Assembly (NCBI GenBank): GCA_964016885.1
Contig: OZ024740.1
Location: 188,728,001-188,792,000, forward strand
DNA from: Eledone cirrhosa
Taxonomy: Eukaryota
Reading direction: 5' to 3'
Length of the DNA stretch: 64,000 nucleotides
The notes beneath the pieces are model-generated. The model did no database searches and was not told where the DNA came from. It worked only from the letters and a program-made list of their open reading frames with translations. The translations under genes and the position numbers were made by a program. Positions 1-12,070 of this stretch are shown here, piece after piece; positions within the stretch are counted from its first letter, which is position 1, and the number at the start of each line of letters is the position of its first letter.

Positions 1-110
1 TTCTACATAAATGTAATATTTGATGCTTAGTCTAAGATATTATACTGTTAATGAATTTTTCAGTGCAGTAACTATTGTTGTAGCTACAACTAATCACTAT
101 CATTATCATT

Positions 111-295
111 GTGGATTGGCAGTATCGGTAGAGGGTCGGACGCCATGCTTTCCAGCATAGTTATGTCCCTTTACGATCTGAGTTCAAATCCCGCCAAGGT
201 TGACTTTGCCTTTCATCCTTACAGGGTCGATAAAATAAAGTACCAGTAATGCACTGGGTAATTGCTGGCCTTGTGCCTAAAGTAGAAACAATTAT
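111..295 (+). mobile_element. SINE family A (tRNA-derived, (ATT)n tail), near full-length copy
   Basis: A-box-like TGGCAGTATCGG, B-box GAGTTCAAATCCC, central GCCTTTCATCCTTACAGGGTCGATAAAATAAAGTACCAG (resembles the MetaSINE core as I remember it), ends GTAGAAACAATTATT; many near-identical copies in the window. Confidence 0.9.
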
Positions 296-304
296 TATTA
301 ACAT

Positions 305-497
305 AAGGGCGGTGGATTGGCAGTATCGGTAGAGGGTCGGACGCCATGCTTTCCACCATAGTTACGTCCCTTTACGATCTGAGTTCAAATCCCGCCGAGG
401 TTGACTTTGCCTTTCATCCTTACGGGGTCGATAAAATAAAGTACCAGTAATGTACTGGGTAATTGCTGGCCTGGTGCCTAAAGTAGAAACAATTATC
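305..497 (+). mobile_element. SINE family A, full-length copy in tandem with the previous one
   Basis: Same consensus; flanked by direct repeat ATTATTATTAACAT at 291-304 and 498-511 (TSD). Confidence 0.9.
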
Positions 498-509
498 ATT
501 ATTATTAAC

Positions 510-745
510 ATCACCATCACTGTTTAATGTCTATTTTCGATACTTGCATGGGTTAAACAACTGTCATATGGGGAGGCCAGCCTGGTCAGGTGACGAGGTC
601 CTGCTCATGCACTTTATTTTGGTTTGGTTTCTATGTCTGGATGCCCTTCCAAATACGAACCACTTTACCACCTGTACTGGGAGTATGGTTTCTAAGATGG
701 ATGCCCTTCCTAATACTATTCACTTTACAGTGTGTACTGGAAGCA
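510..745 (-). mobile_element. Degenerate RTE-type 3' tail fragment with internal ~60-bp tandem duplication
   Basis: Two copies of TGGTTTCTA...GGATGCCCTTCC...CACTTTAC...TGTACTGG, a motif also present in the RTE 3' UTR at 37680-37725. Confidence 0.55.
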
Positions 746-1878
746 TTTTAATATGCAGACACATAACATATTATCATTTGTACCAAGCCTAAGATATTTT
801 GTTTTATATGCATACCAAACAATAAAATCTATCTAAATTCTGACGGTACTGTGACATTTTTCTATTTTTGATGGATGTGTCACATCCCAACATGAAATGA
901 TTCCTTTCTTTATTCGGAATTTTAACATTTTATCTAAATTCCTACATCAAACAACATTCATTACATTTTCGTTAGAAATATACAATTTTAGAACTATTTC
1001 CTTGCTTATTTTCCCCATCATTTACAATTTTGTAGCTCTTCACAAATATAACCAAGTACACTAATTTTCTTGAAATTTTCATTGTGCCAAAATTTACTGA
1101 ATGTATTTTAAATTTGATGAATGTGATAACTGTAACAGAGTGATGAAGGCCAACTATTTTTCATCTCATATTTCACAATAAATCTTCTCTGTGTTCTCAA
1201 ATGTTGTCTGTATTTGTTAACCTGTTATACTTTTTAAAGGACCTTCATGAATTATGATTATATTTCTCTAGAAAGCTCTTGTGCTTTCATCAGATGTCAG
1301 AGCAAAAAATGTTAGTTCAATCTCATTTCATTTCTATTTATTACTAAATTTGTTGCTCATTAAAATATCACTGAAGAGAAAATGTTAGACTATAAACAAT
1401 AGTTCTATATTATGAATAACAATTTTATAATGTTGTAGTGGCACAATTCCAGAATTTCACTGTTTCAAGTTTTTCTCAAGATTAATTAAGTTGCTTATTT
1501 CTCTAGGTCAATAAAATAACAAAAATTTATGAGAATGTGGAATTCTGCCAGTTTTTCCAAAAGGGCAGCAGTCAGAATCTATAAGATTTAGCCTTCTTAG
1601 TATAAAGAAAATAAACAAGAAACATGATATATGCACATTAAATGTTAGATTTTAAAACAACTACAAAATTTCCTATTTACATCATAAGCAAATATTTATC
1701 TAAATAAGTAGAATTTAGGGGAAAGATAAAAAATAACAAACATTAAAGCTAGTAACATTAATTGTGGATTTTCCCTTGGGTTTTGTAAAACCTTAGTAAT
1801 TTATATTTTTTTATAGTATTAGCATTTTATCAATATGTACATTTCTAGTGATAAATTTCTTGAGTTTAAACAGTGTAA

Positions 1879-2215
1879 ATCATCATCATCATTTTACGTC
1901 TGCTTTTCCCTGCTTGCAAGGGTAGGACGAGAACGGATTCTGGCTTGATTTCTATAGCTGGATGCCCTTCCTAACACCAACCTCATTTACAGTGGGTGCT
2001 GGGTGCTTTTTTTGTCGTGGCACCTCCACGACCACTTTGCAGGGGAATGATATGGACCCCAGTCCCTATCATCTCATTTCTACAGCTGAGTAAACTGGAG
2101 CAATGTGAAATAAAGTGTCTTTCTCAAGGAAACAACACATCACCCGGTCTGAGAATTGAACTCACAACCTTTTGATTGCAAGGCCAATGCTCTAACCACT
2201 AAGCTATGTGCGCCC
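1879..2215 (-). mobile_element. CORE-type tRNA SINE (family B) with RTE-derived 3' tail
   Basis: Minus strand: tRNA head GGCGCACATAGCTTAGTGGTTAGAGC...GTGAGTTCAATTC, CORE-like CCTTGAGAAAGACACTTTATTTCACATTGCTCCAGTTTACTCAGCTG, RTE-like tail GGAAGGGCATCCAGC...(GAT)n. Confidence 0.85.
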
Positions 2216-2600
2216 ATAAATATAAAGCAATAATTCAACATAGGTGATGTAATATGTTCTTAAGCATGACACTTTATTTTATATTACCCTAGTCCACTCA
2301 GCTTTAGAAATGAGCATCAGCTGGAGGTTAATCATGTGATAGACTGGTGTCTTGTCTAGGGTACTGGTTCGTACTCTGTCACTTAATGACGTGAAACTTG
2401 AATAGATACTAACCTGATTAGCTTCTAGACCCAAGAAAGAATTTTACACTTTCAGGAATTTTGGCTTCTCTATTTTGAAGTATAAAACTATTCTATTTAA
2501 CTGAATTTACTAAAATGCTTGTAACGATTATTAACCGTTTATGCTATTATCAAGACATATTATTTCAATTTTATATTACTTGGAGTTTAATTTTCTTGAG

Positions 2601-2658
2601 ATAATTATTGTTTCTACTTTTGGCACAAGGCCAGCAATTACCCAGTGCATTACTGGTA
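2601..2658 (-). mobile_element. SINE family A, 3'-terminal fragment
   Basis: Matches the last ~58 nt of the family A consensus. Confidence 0.8.
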
Positions 2659-4090
2659 AACCTGCAACATATAAAGATATCTTGCAAAGGGAGAGAAGAA
2701 AATAATAGATAGATAGATAGATTGAGAGCTAGTGAGAGGGGGAGGGGAAGAGTCAGATTCATTTATGGAAACAAAAGTTAATAAACTGCATTCTAAAACA
2801 ACCAAGTTTTAAAAATGAGTTGATTTCAATCACAGTTTTAGAGAGTGCAAATTCAACTCACTTGTTAACAGATATGTATATTTCTTTTCCAATATCACAA
2901 AAAAAAAAAAAAAAAGTAAATCAAAACTAAAAATTTAAAACTAAATTACAATGATTTACAAACTGCTTTTATGATTATATTTTTTATATACCATTTTCTT
3001 AGTTACTATCTAAGAACATTATAATTTTACAAGGATTACAAAAATTATTGAAATATAACATTAACAAGCACCCAAGTATATGTTGACTGCTTGTTTAAGG
3101 AGGATGAAGGAATCATAGAAAATCTTTGTTTGATTTAAAATGGACATTTATAACTCTTCAGTTTGAAATGTAGGAGAGTTCATAATCTTTGATAGCAGAG
3201 AGTTACAATCAATAAATAGGAAGCCATATGAATAAGGAGCAAGAAGTGGAAGAAATAATATCTGTCTGAATGATTCATTGACATGGCATAACTGTAGAAT
3301 AGATCAAGTTACTCAAAACTAAAAGACTTTGTTAAAGTTACGAGAGTATATAGTCCAGCATGAAACCTACAGTTAAAGAGCAAACAATAGGACAAACAGA
3401 CATACCTTTGACAACCAGTTATAATGTTACAATAAATCATGTTGCCAGATATCCCTGAAGGATATGGCATAGTAAATGGTTTAGAAAAAGACATTGGTTC
3501 AATCATAAATGACCATGCTTCAAAATATTATTTATGAAATTGTTTAAATTATATCTTGGTATACAAAAGTGCACAATTTTTATTTTGACTTGCACTTCAT
3601 ACTATGATTGTATGATGAATAAATAAAGATTTGAAAATAGAAATATTTCCATATAAAACATATATCAAATTATTTAAGATGCTGCTGTTATCTTTATATT
3701 CATTGCCCCCCCCCCTCTCTCTTTGGCTTGTTTATCTATATACATATCTAACTAGTTGATTGTCATCTATTTCTCTCTCCATCGTTATTATATTATATGT
3801 ATAACTATATATATACATAGAGGGAGAGAGATACATGCATAGATACATATACCAATACTTAGTTACAAAATTTACAAGAAAAGAACAATGATGAAGAACA
3901 GTGAGAATAGATGTAGTTTTGGGGTTGATGCTCTAAAAGTGAAAATAGAAAGTTCTTTGACATTTCAAGCTTTAGCTCTTCAGGTAGACTGAATGAACGG
4001 GGTAGAAAAAATTAAAATAAAATAGATATGTAGACATGCATTATAGATCATAGTGAGGAATCACACACACCCCTCCCCCACATATATATA

Positions 4091-4256
4091 TCATCATCAT
4101 CATCATCATCACCGTTTTACGTCCGTTCTTGCACGCTAGCATGGGTTATATATATATATGTGTGTTTGTGTATGTGTGTGTGTATATATATATATTTCCC
4201 GTCTAAACCCATGCTAGCATGGAAGATAGACGTTAAACAATGATGATGATGATGAT
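4091..4256. repeat. Two RTE 3'-terminal fragments in inverted orientation around a TA/TG microsatellite
   Basis: 4091-4147 (CAT)n...TTTTACGTCCG...GCTAGCATGGGTT and 4198-4256 AACCCATGCTAGCATGG...GACGTTAAAC(AATG)(ATG)n are reverse-complementary. Confidence 0.7.
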
Positions 4257-4435
4257 ATATATATACATACACACTCAGGCATACACCCACAGTTAAACAT
4301 AACTGACACTGATGTGAAAATATATAGTTAATTAGCTCTACATTCCATATAGAGTTTTAGATGCACATCTCTCTAGATTTTGTAGGCCTGCATTCATCAT
4401 GTAAGTAATATTGCTACATAGTATTATATTATTTA

Positions 4436-5272
4436 CTAGCAGTGGTACCCGGCATTGCACGGGTTAAGGTATTTTGGAATGCGGGCCGTCAACAGACCTA
4501 ATCGTGGAAAAACTGTATGCCTGGATAATATGTAAAGAAAATAAACCGAATACTATGATGGCTGGATAATCTTTAAGATTTTCCTCAATGAAGCAGGAAA
4601 AATACAGGTATTCACCTAATGCGGGCCCTAGGGGATCAAGAAAATAAATTTCGGGAAAATTGGCTAGACGTAACGCCTCCAAAAACCCCTAAAAAGCTGA
4701 AAAAGTGAAGTTTTTAACCTAATGCGGGCACTAGGCCATAACAAAGTTGGATTTTCTTTGCTCACAGTATGAAGAAGAGACTGACTAATACATAGTTACA
4801 ATTTCGAGGAAATCGGTCTGACGTAACGCCTCAAAAAACCCCTGGAAAGCTTTTAAAAGGCAATTTTCACCTAATGCGGGCCCTAGGAGATCAAAAGTTT
4901 GAACACATTCGGTTGGGTACTTCTCGAGTTTTAGGGGTTCAAACTCACACACACACACACAGACAGACATCCTCAGGGAAGTGACGTAATGCAGACAGCC
5001 AGACATACAGACAGATATTATAAGGGCACGACGTTGTATGTATGAATCTATCTAAAAAGAGAAAGACTAAGAATTATAGAGAGAGATCGCTAAATCGCTT
5101 AATGCGGTCCCTAGGGCATTGCAAATTTGAGATCTTCTTTGCTCAGAACACTCCCTGAAACGTAAGTATTACATGTGTAAAGTTTGTAAACAGTCGGTTG
5201 GGTGCTTCTCGAGTTTTAGGGATTCAAACTCAAACACACACAAACAGACATCCTCAGTTTTATATATATAGA
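4436..5272 (-). mobile_element. Non-autonomous Helitron
   Basis: Minus strand starts TCTATATATATAAAA (5272), ends CTAG (4439-4436) after a GC hairpin (ACCCGGCATTGCACGGGT, 4447-4464), sits between host A and T; internal repeats CCTAATGCGGGCCCTAGG. Confidence 0.8.
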
Positions 5273-5466
5273 TAATTGTTTCTACTTTTGGCACAAGGCC
5301 AGCAATTAACCAGTGCATTACTGGTACCTTATTTTATCGACCCTGTAAGGATGAAAGGCAAAGTTAACCTCGGCGGGATTTGAACTCAGAATGGCAAAGG
5401 CCATAAATGTATGCGTCAAAGCATGGCGTCCAACCCTCTACCGATACTGCCAATCCACTGCCCTTA
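5272..5466 (-). mobile_element. SINE family A, full-length
   Basis: Consensus match; 17-bp direct repeat TTATATATATAGATAAT at 5260-5276 and 5464-5480. Confidence 0.9.
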
Positions 5467-5720
5467 TATATATAGATAATGGTTCATTGCATGGACACTA
5501 TAACACATTCTTGTGAACTCTTTGACCTCATATCATGCCTTTCATCATCATCCCCCATCCATTTTCCATGCTGATATATGTTTTATTTTGTCACATTCTC
5601 AGACTAGACAGACCATATGACCCCAATCTGATCATATGTTCTAGTTAGGCTTGGGTTCTATAGCTAGGTGCTCTTCCTAATATTAAACACTTTACAATGT
5701 TGATTGCATAAATTTTATCC

Positions 5721-5892
5721 TGGCACAAGGCCAGCAATTAACCAGTGCATTACTGGTACCTTATTTTATCGACCCTGTAAGGATGAAAGGCAAAGTTAAC
5801 CTCGGATTTGAACTCAGTTCGTAAAGGGATGTAACTGTGTTGCAAAGCATGGCGTCTGACCCTCTACCGATACTGCCAATCCACCACCCTTT
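5721..5892 (-). mobile_element. SINE family A, lacking its 3' terminal ~20 nt
   Basis: Consensus match starting at TGGCACAAGG; internal variant differs from neighbouring copies. Confidence 0.85.
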
Positions 5893-5898
5893 ATATAG

Positions 5899-6094
5899 AT
5901 AATTGTTTCTACTTTTTGGCACAAGGCCAGCATTTACCCAGTACATTACTGGTACCTTATTTTATCAACCTTGTAAGAATGAAAGGCAAAGTTAACCTCG
6001 GCGGGATTTGAACTCAGAATGGCAAAGGCCATAACTCTATGCGTCAAAGCATGGCGTCCGACCCTCTACCGATACTGCCAATCCACTGCCCTTA
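5899..6094 (-). mobile_element. SINE family A, full-length
   Basis: Consensus match; shares the diagnostic AATGGCAAAGGCCATAA with the 5272 copy. Confidence 0.9.
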
Positions 6095-7220
6095 TATATA
6101 TAGATAATGGTTCATTGCATGGACACTATAACACATTCTTGTGAACTCTTTGACCTCATATCATGCCTTTCATCATCATCCCCCATCCATTTTCCATGCT
6201 GATATATGTTTTATTTTGTCACATTCTCAGACTAGACAGACCATATGACCCCAATCTGATCATATGTTCTAGTTAGGCTTGGGTTCTATAGCTAGGTGCT
6301 CTTCCTAATATTAAACACTTTACAATGTTTATTGCATAAATTTTATCCTGGCATCAACACTACCATTTAATGACATTGACTGGCTGCATATTACTGTGAC
6401 CATGTAGGTTTGTTATATTACTTCCTAATTAATATATGTATGATACCCCATTGGTGATATATATAAAGATTCATTCTTGTTGACATTGGCATCTGTTGCC
6501 ATTACATTAAATGAATTGGTTGCTAAAAAGTTCTCATTCTGTAGTCTAGTTAGCGTTGCCATAAATTCCTTGATTTTTCTTTGCATATTGTCTTTGAGGA
6601 TCCAATCTTCCATGATTGGTTTGAAAAGCCATTCTTTTCATATTTCATATGGAGTTTCACTGTAATCTTGAATAGTATTGAAAGGTTCTTTCATATTTCA
6701 ACACCTATATTAGCTTTCAAACCTGCAGCTGCATTACATTAGCTAAACCTCTAGTTCTTATCAATGTTCACAAAGCAATGTTTCTCTTCTCCAACAGGTA
6801 GTAATTAACATGAATAAAAAAAATATTGAAAAGAATTAAACCATTAATCTTCAACGTGTTTCTTCAAAATAACAAACCCATCAGTAGCTACTTTCTTTCA
6901 CAGCAATTATTGGTAAATGGAATTATCAAAAATACAGTGTGGGAATAAAATTACACCTGACTTGAAACAATGCTTGCAACATAAAATATTTAAGGGGATA
7001 TCAGTTTTAAATTGGAGAAAGTATATTGATTTATTTATTATGGTACAGTGAATTGAGAATGGAATTCATCAGCTGAATTAAATCAGTATATTACTGGTAC
7101 TTATTTTATTTTAACATGTAGAATTCAAAAATTTAGTCAAGCAATAAAATTTGAAAAATAATGTTATAGAAAATTTAGCCTTGCATGCTACATTTTCTAC
7201 TCATCTAAATGAATAGAATA

Positions 7221-7410
7221 ATAATTGTTTCTACTTTTGGCACAAGGCCAGCAATTATCCCAGTGCATTACTGGTACTTTATTTTATCGACCCCGTAAGG
7301 ATGAAAGGCAAAGTTAACCTCGGCAGGATTTGAACTCAGATCAGAAAGAGGCATAACTCTATGCTGCAAAGCATGTTGTCCGACCCTCTACCGATACTGC
7401 CAAACCACCA
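7221..7410 (-). mobile_element. SINE family A, full-length
   Basis: Consensus match; TSD ATGAATAGAATAATAAT at 7209-7225 and 7417-7433. Confidence 0.9.
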
Positions 7411-10364
7411 CATGGTATGAATAGAATAATAATGCTATATATCTTCAGAAATTAATCACATCTAGTCTTTTAATAACGCTTATTGTAAAGATAAAAACAC
7501 TTGATTCCTGAGGAATTTAACACTAGTATTATGAATCATCAAATAAGAGACGATAAACCAAAGAATCTTCAAAATTTAACATAAATTAAATGAATGACAA
7601 TTAAAGATTAAATATAATTAATATTGAGTAAACAAGGCAAACTATAAAATACTGGGATTATAAAATATAAATTTGAAATAAAATCAATAAAATTAAGAAA
7701 TTAATCAATAAAAGTTAAGAACATATATCAATGCAAATAAGTTCTATAGTTCAAAGTTTTCAAACTTAAAACAGTATTGAAGATTTTATGAGAACACATG
7801 GGCTTGCAATACATTTTGACCTGTGATTTTAATTCTAATTTTCATTTAAACATATATAACAGTGAAAATGGTGTGGCATATTTTGAATTCATGTAGAAAT
7901 AGTTGTAAAAGCCTTTTGTTTATTTTCCAGTTTATGTTCAGCTGTAACTAATACGCTTTCGTTTTGTGCTCTCCCACAACTCTATTCATTTTCCTATTTT
8001 GAATTAAAATCTTATTTCAATGGAAATGTTTCAAATGTAAATGATAAAATGAAGGATAAATGCTACAGAAATATTCCAAGGAATTGTTTTACTCCATATG
8101 CTCTCTACTTATTTCTACAACAATACTTTTCTGTACTAATCTATACTTCTTATGACATCATTATGAAACTATCGTTATACTCCTCCTCATCATCATCACG
8201 TCACCACCATCATCATCCTTGCAATCCACCTCACCACCACCACCTTATCATCATCATCATCATCATTCTTTATTATTTTGAGGTTTGGATGCATAACCAG
8301 ACACAGCAGGGAATTCAAATGCTAAGTTAGTGTTTAAATTGGCTATATTAGTATTAGTATTATTGAATGTTAAAAGACATTTTTATGTATGCAAATTCTG
8401 TTTTTCTTTTATATGTAGTTGACATTTACTTTTGGGTGATTCATTCCTTTAGTTTTGAGCAGTTTCCCTGTATCCATCTCAGAAAAGTCTCTTAATCTCC
8501 ATTCTATCATACTGAAGCAGTAGAGCTGAACTGAGGTTCTGAAATTGTTAGCTGCTTCTGTGTTTTTCAATAAACTTTTCTCTCTGTTATGACCTCTCCA
8601 TGGTTTATCTGTAGTATTCTATTTTCATTCTAGTTTCATTTTCAATTTTTGTGTTGCGTATGCTTAGGTATTTGTAGATAGTTTTCCATTTCCATAGCAG
8701 TCGTATTTGCATTCACATGATACTTGTATTTTTTCTGTGTATAGTATCCTTTTTACAGTTCGATATGTCAACTTTCCATTACTGTCATGAAATCATTATA
8801 GTTTATTTATTCTGAAATTTTGATTGGAACTACCATATAATATCAAGGCGTTTAGTTTTAACAAAAAAAGATGACTTATTTTGTGATGTAGAGAAAAGGG
8901 AATATTTGTTGAGCTTATCAATTGAAAAGTAGTTTTTGAATGTTTATTTTCAATGAAATATAGAATGCTCAAACAAATACATACAAATATGCAAATAGGT
9001 GATCAGAGAAGGCAATGATTATATTTTCAATTCATTTCCTATATTTATAGATGTTATAGATATTGTAACAATTGACTTTATTTAACATTGTGTAATATTT
9101 TTCTTTTTAAATATCTTTGTTTACTGATCAGTTTTTTTCCTTTCAAGGTTTTCACTACATCCATTTATTTAGATTTTCTTTTAAAAATCTAACCTCTTCA
9201 TTCTAGTTTTATTGCCAAACGTTTCATTTAACACTTCTTCCCATCATTACTTCTTTTGATACTTTCATTTTTTCCTCATAACATTTCTCTTTATTCTGTT
9301 CCTACACTTTTGTGATCTTTTTCCCCCCTCCTATTCATCTTCCTTAATCCCCCTTTTATAAGTATATAAAATGTATGGCTCATTATTTCTTCATAACATC
9401 ATCATATTTCTTGAGAATCTCTTTCACTACATCAGTACTATATGAATAATCACCATTTACACCACTATAAACATCATCTAACTATATATTAATTTTCCAT
9501 TTTTCTTTTATAAATCTAATTTTTTCTTCTGGTTATCATTTAAGCTAAATCTTTTTGATTTCTTTATGCAGGTATGATTAATTCTTTTATGTTACTATAT
9601 TAACCATAATTTCTTATTTAAACATATTTCATTTCCATATTTCTCATTATCCCGAGCAATATCATATAAAATGAGGAACACTACATATTTCCAAATTAAA
9701 ATCTTAGTTTTTTTTTTGTTCAAATTGATGTGAAATGTTGAGTTTCATTTTAAAATATACATCATAAAGGATTAATAAAAGGATAATCCACCACAGAAGA
9801 AAGTGTGTGTCAAAGGCATTTCTTGAAATAGATGTAGTCACTATTTTTCTAAGTGCCTATCTATCTGTCTGTCTCTATATTTACATGTATTCTTATGTTT
9901 TTTTATGTATATGATATGTGTTGTGTGTAAGTATATTCATATATGCACATACACCAGAGTTGCACCTCTTCCATGAAAAAAATCATTGTAAAAATCAACA
10001 TACAGTTTATCAACTGGTCATAATCTTAAATATGTTATACTTGTCTATTATTGAGCAAAGAATGCTGTATGTAATACGAGTTAAAAGTATATGTGCTGGT
10101 ATGACATGTACCTAAGTATATATAACATATTGCTTAGATATGGGGCCCCATATAAGTGACATATAGACTGAACAGACATATAAACCTTGCATATATAAAC
10201 CTATCAGGAGCTAGAGAGGTTGGGTTTTGAACTGGTACATTGAATAGACCTATAATGAGTAAACGAGAAAGTTCACTGCAGCAGAATTTAAACCTAGCAT
10301 GTAGAGAGCTGGAACATGTATTACAATGATTTCTGGTATTTTAACAAACTCTGCTAAATCATCT

Positions 10365-10625
10365 AATATATATATAAAAACACGCATGCACACACACATA
10401 TATATAATTATATATGTGTGTGTGCATATATGTATGTATAAATATATATGTATATACACTTCAACAGCATTCTAATAAATGTGTGTATATATATATATGT
10501 ATATGTGTGTGTGTGTATATATGTATATGTGTGTGTATATATATGTGTATATATATGTGTGTGTGTGTGTATATATATGTGAATATGTATAAACTTATTT
10601 ATTAGAACGTTGTTGAAGTATGTAA
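10365..10625. repeat. TA/TG/CA microsatellite with short flanking inverted repeat
   Basis: ACTTCAACAGCATTCTAATAA (~10458) vs TTATTAGAACGTTGTTGAAGT (~10599) around a (TA/TG)n tract. Confidence 0.7.
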
Positions 10626-10845
10626 ATATTTTTTGCCGTACAATGTATATATATATTTGGAAAAAAGGAAAAGAATGACTTCACTTGCAGTGTTAAATAA
10701 TTTGATTTAATTTTATAATATTATAATATTATGAGTTGGTAGATCTAGTAAGTTCTTTATTAACTTCGGGGGGAAGAATTTTAAAGATTCCTGGTTAACT
10801 TTGTTGGAGAACTTTCTCGGATTCGTCGGTGGTGATTGTCAAACT

Positions 10846-10958
10846 GTATATGTATGTGTGTATATATATTTATATGTATATATATATGTATGTATATATG
10901 TATATACATATATATATATCTATATGTATATACATATGTATATATCTATATGTATATA

Positions 10959-10999
<41 letters not shown>

Positions 11000-11184
11000 G
11001 TATATATGTATGTGCATATATGTATAGATATGTATATATGTATGTATATATGTATGTATATATGTATGTATATATGTATATATGTATATATGTATGTATA
11101 TATGTATATATGTATATATGTATGTATATATGTATATATGTATGTATATATGTATATATGTATGTATATATGTATATATGTATG

Positions 11185-11245
<61 letters not shown>

Positions 11246-11275
11246 GTATAGATATATGTATATATAGGTATACAT
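10846..11275. repeat. Long compound (TA)n/(TATG)n microsatellite
   Basis: Direct inspection; explains the Y/I/M/C/V-rich ORFs in the track. Confidence 0.97.
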
Positions 11276-11794
11276 ATTTAGTTTTATTCATATATATTGT
11301 ATTCCTATGCACATAAAATAATATTATTTAAGTACATATATTAAAACAAACAATAATTCAGTCATGACCCACTTTCTTTTCTTTTACACATGTGTCTGTA
11401 TATTTAAGCCTTGAAAAACGATTGAAATTCTATTGAAGTTATTTTGAAAAAATAATACTGTGGAGTTTTTATGTTGGTGGCAATGCAATTATTTATCTAA
11501 GCTTCTTATGTGTTTTTAGTTTCCTATGAAACATTTTTGAAGATAAAAGAAAATAGGTCATAATTGCATTATGTGTGATTATTTTAAAATATATACATAC
11601 GTATATATTTACACACACACACACACACACACACATACATATATATAGAATGGAGCAGCAAGGAAGTTGTAGGGGATAGAATTTTGAATGGTTTGCTATA
11701 GCAGCGTCAGTCAGATACATTAAAGCCTCAATTCTCATTACCTTTGTGATTTTGTACATAAAATTTTAAAATCATTAATATTATGTGGTAATAT

Positions 11795-12070
11795 AAGGTG
11801 TTTTAGTGGTTAGTGTGTTGGACTTACGTTCATAATATCATGGGTTCAATTCCTCAATTGGGTTGTGTGTTGTATCCTTCAGTGAAACACTTCATTTCAT
11901 ACTGTTACAACATACTTAGCTAAAAATGCTTACCATCTCTAGCTGTGGATTTAACCTTGTGAAAGACTGGCAACCTGTCCAGTGGGTAGTGTTGCCATCT
12001 CAGTTGGTTCACACCATGCAAAACAGAGATAAGTATGGGCCTATTGAGCCTCTCGGTTTGAGATAGACTT
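11795..12070 (+). mobile_element. Old CORE-type tRNA SINE, degenerate
   Basis: TTAGTGGTTAGTG...GGGTTCAATTCC head followed by CCTTCAGTGAAACACTTCATTTCATACTG; similar to 34455-34700. Confidence 0.6.

Larger units (their letters stand above)
5467..6353. repeat. Local direct duplication (period 628 bp) of a ~255-bp non-SINE block plus adjoining SINE
   Basis: 5467-5725 and 6095-6353 are identical apart from one substitution seen (5702 G vs 6330 T). Confidence 0.9.

Noticed and set aside
111-497. Tandem ~190-bp repeats as a CRISPR-like array or tRNA genes
   Set aside because: Dispersed SINE copies with TSDs; no spacer architecture, no cas genes, no cloverleaf
3060-3540. Purine-rich stretch resembling decayed coding sequence
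   Set aside because: Stops in all frames tried and no recognisable homology
6425-6720. Protein-like minus-strand frame (MKEPFNTIQDYSETPYEI*KEWLFKPIMEDWILKD...)
   Set aside because: Internal stop, no recognisable domain and no convincing splice context; at most an old TE or pseudogene scrap
10801-11316. Cluster of long ORFs (up to 171 aa) on both strands
   Set aside because: Translations of TA/TATG microsatellite; the same applies to ORFs at 10250-10605, 27696-27996, 31307-31695, 37324-37536, 50117-50471 and 58145-58597
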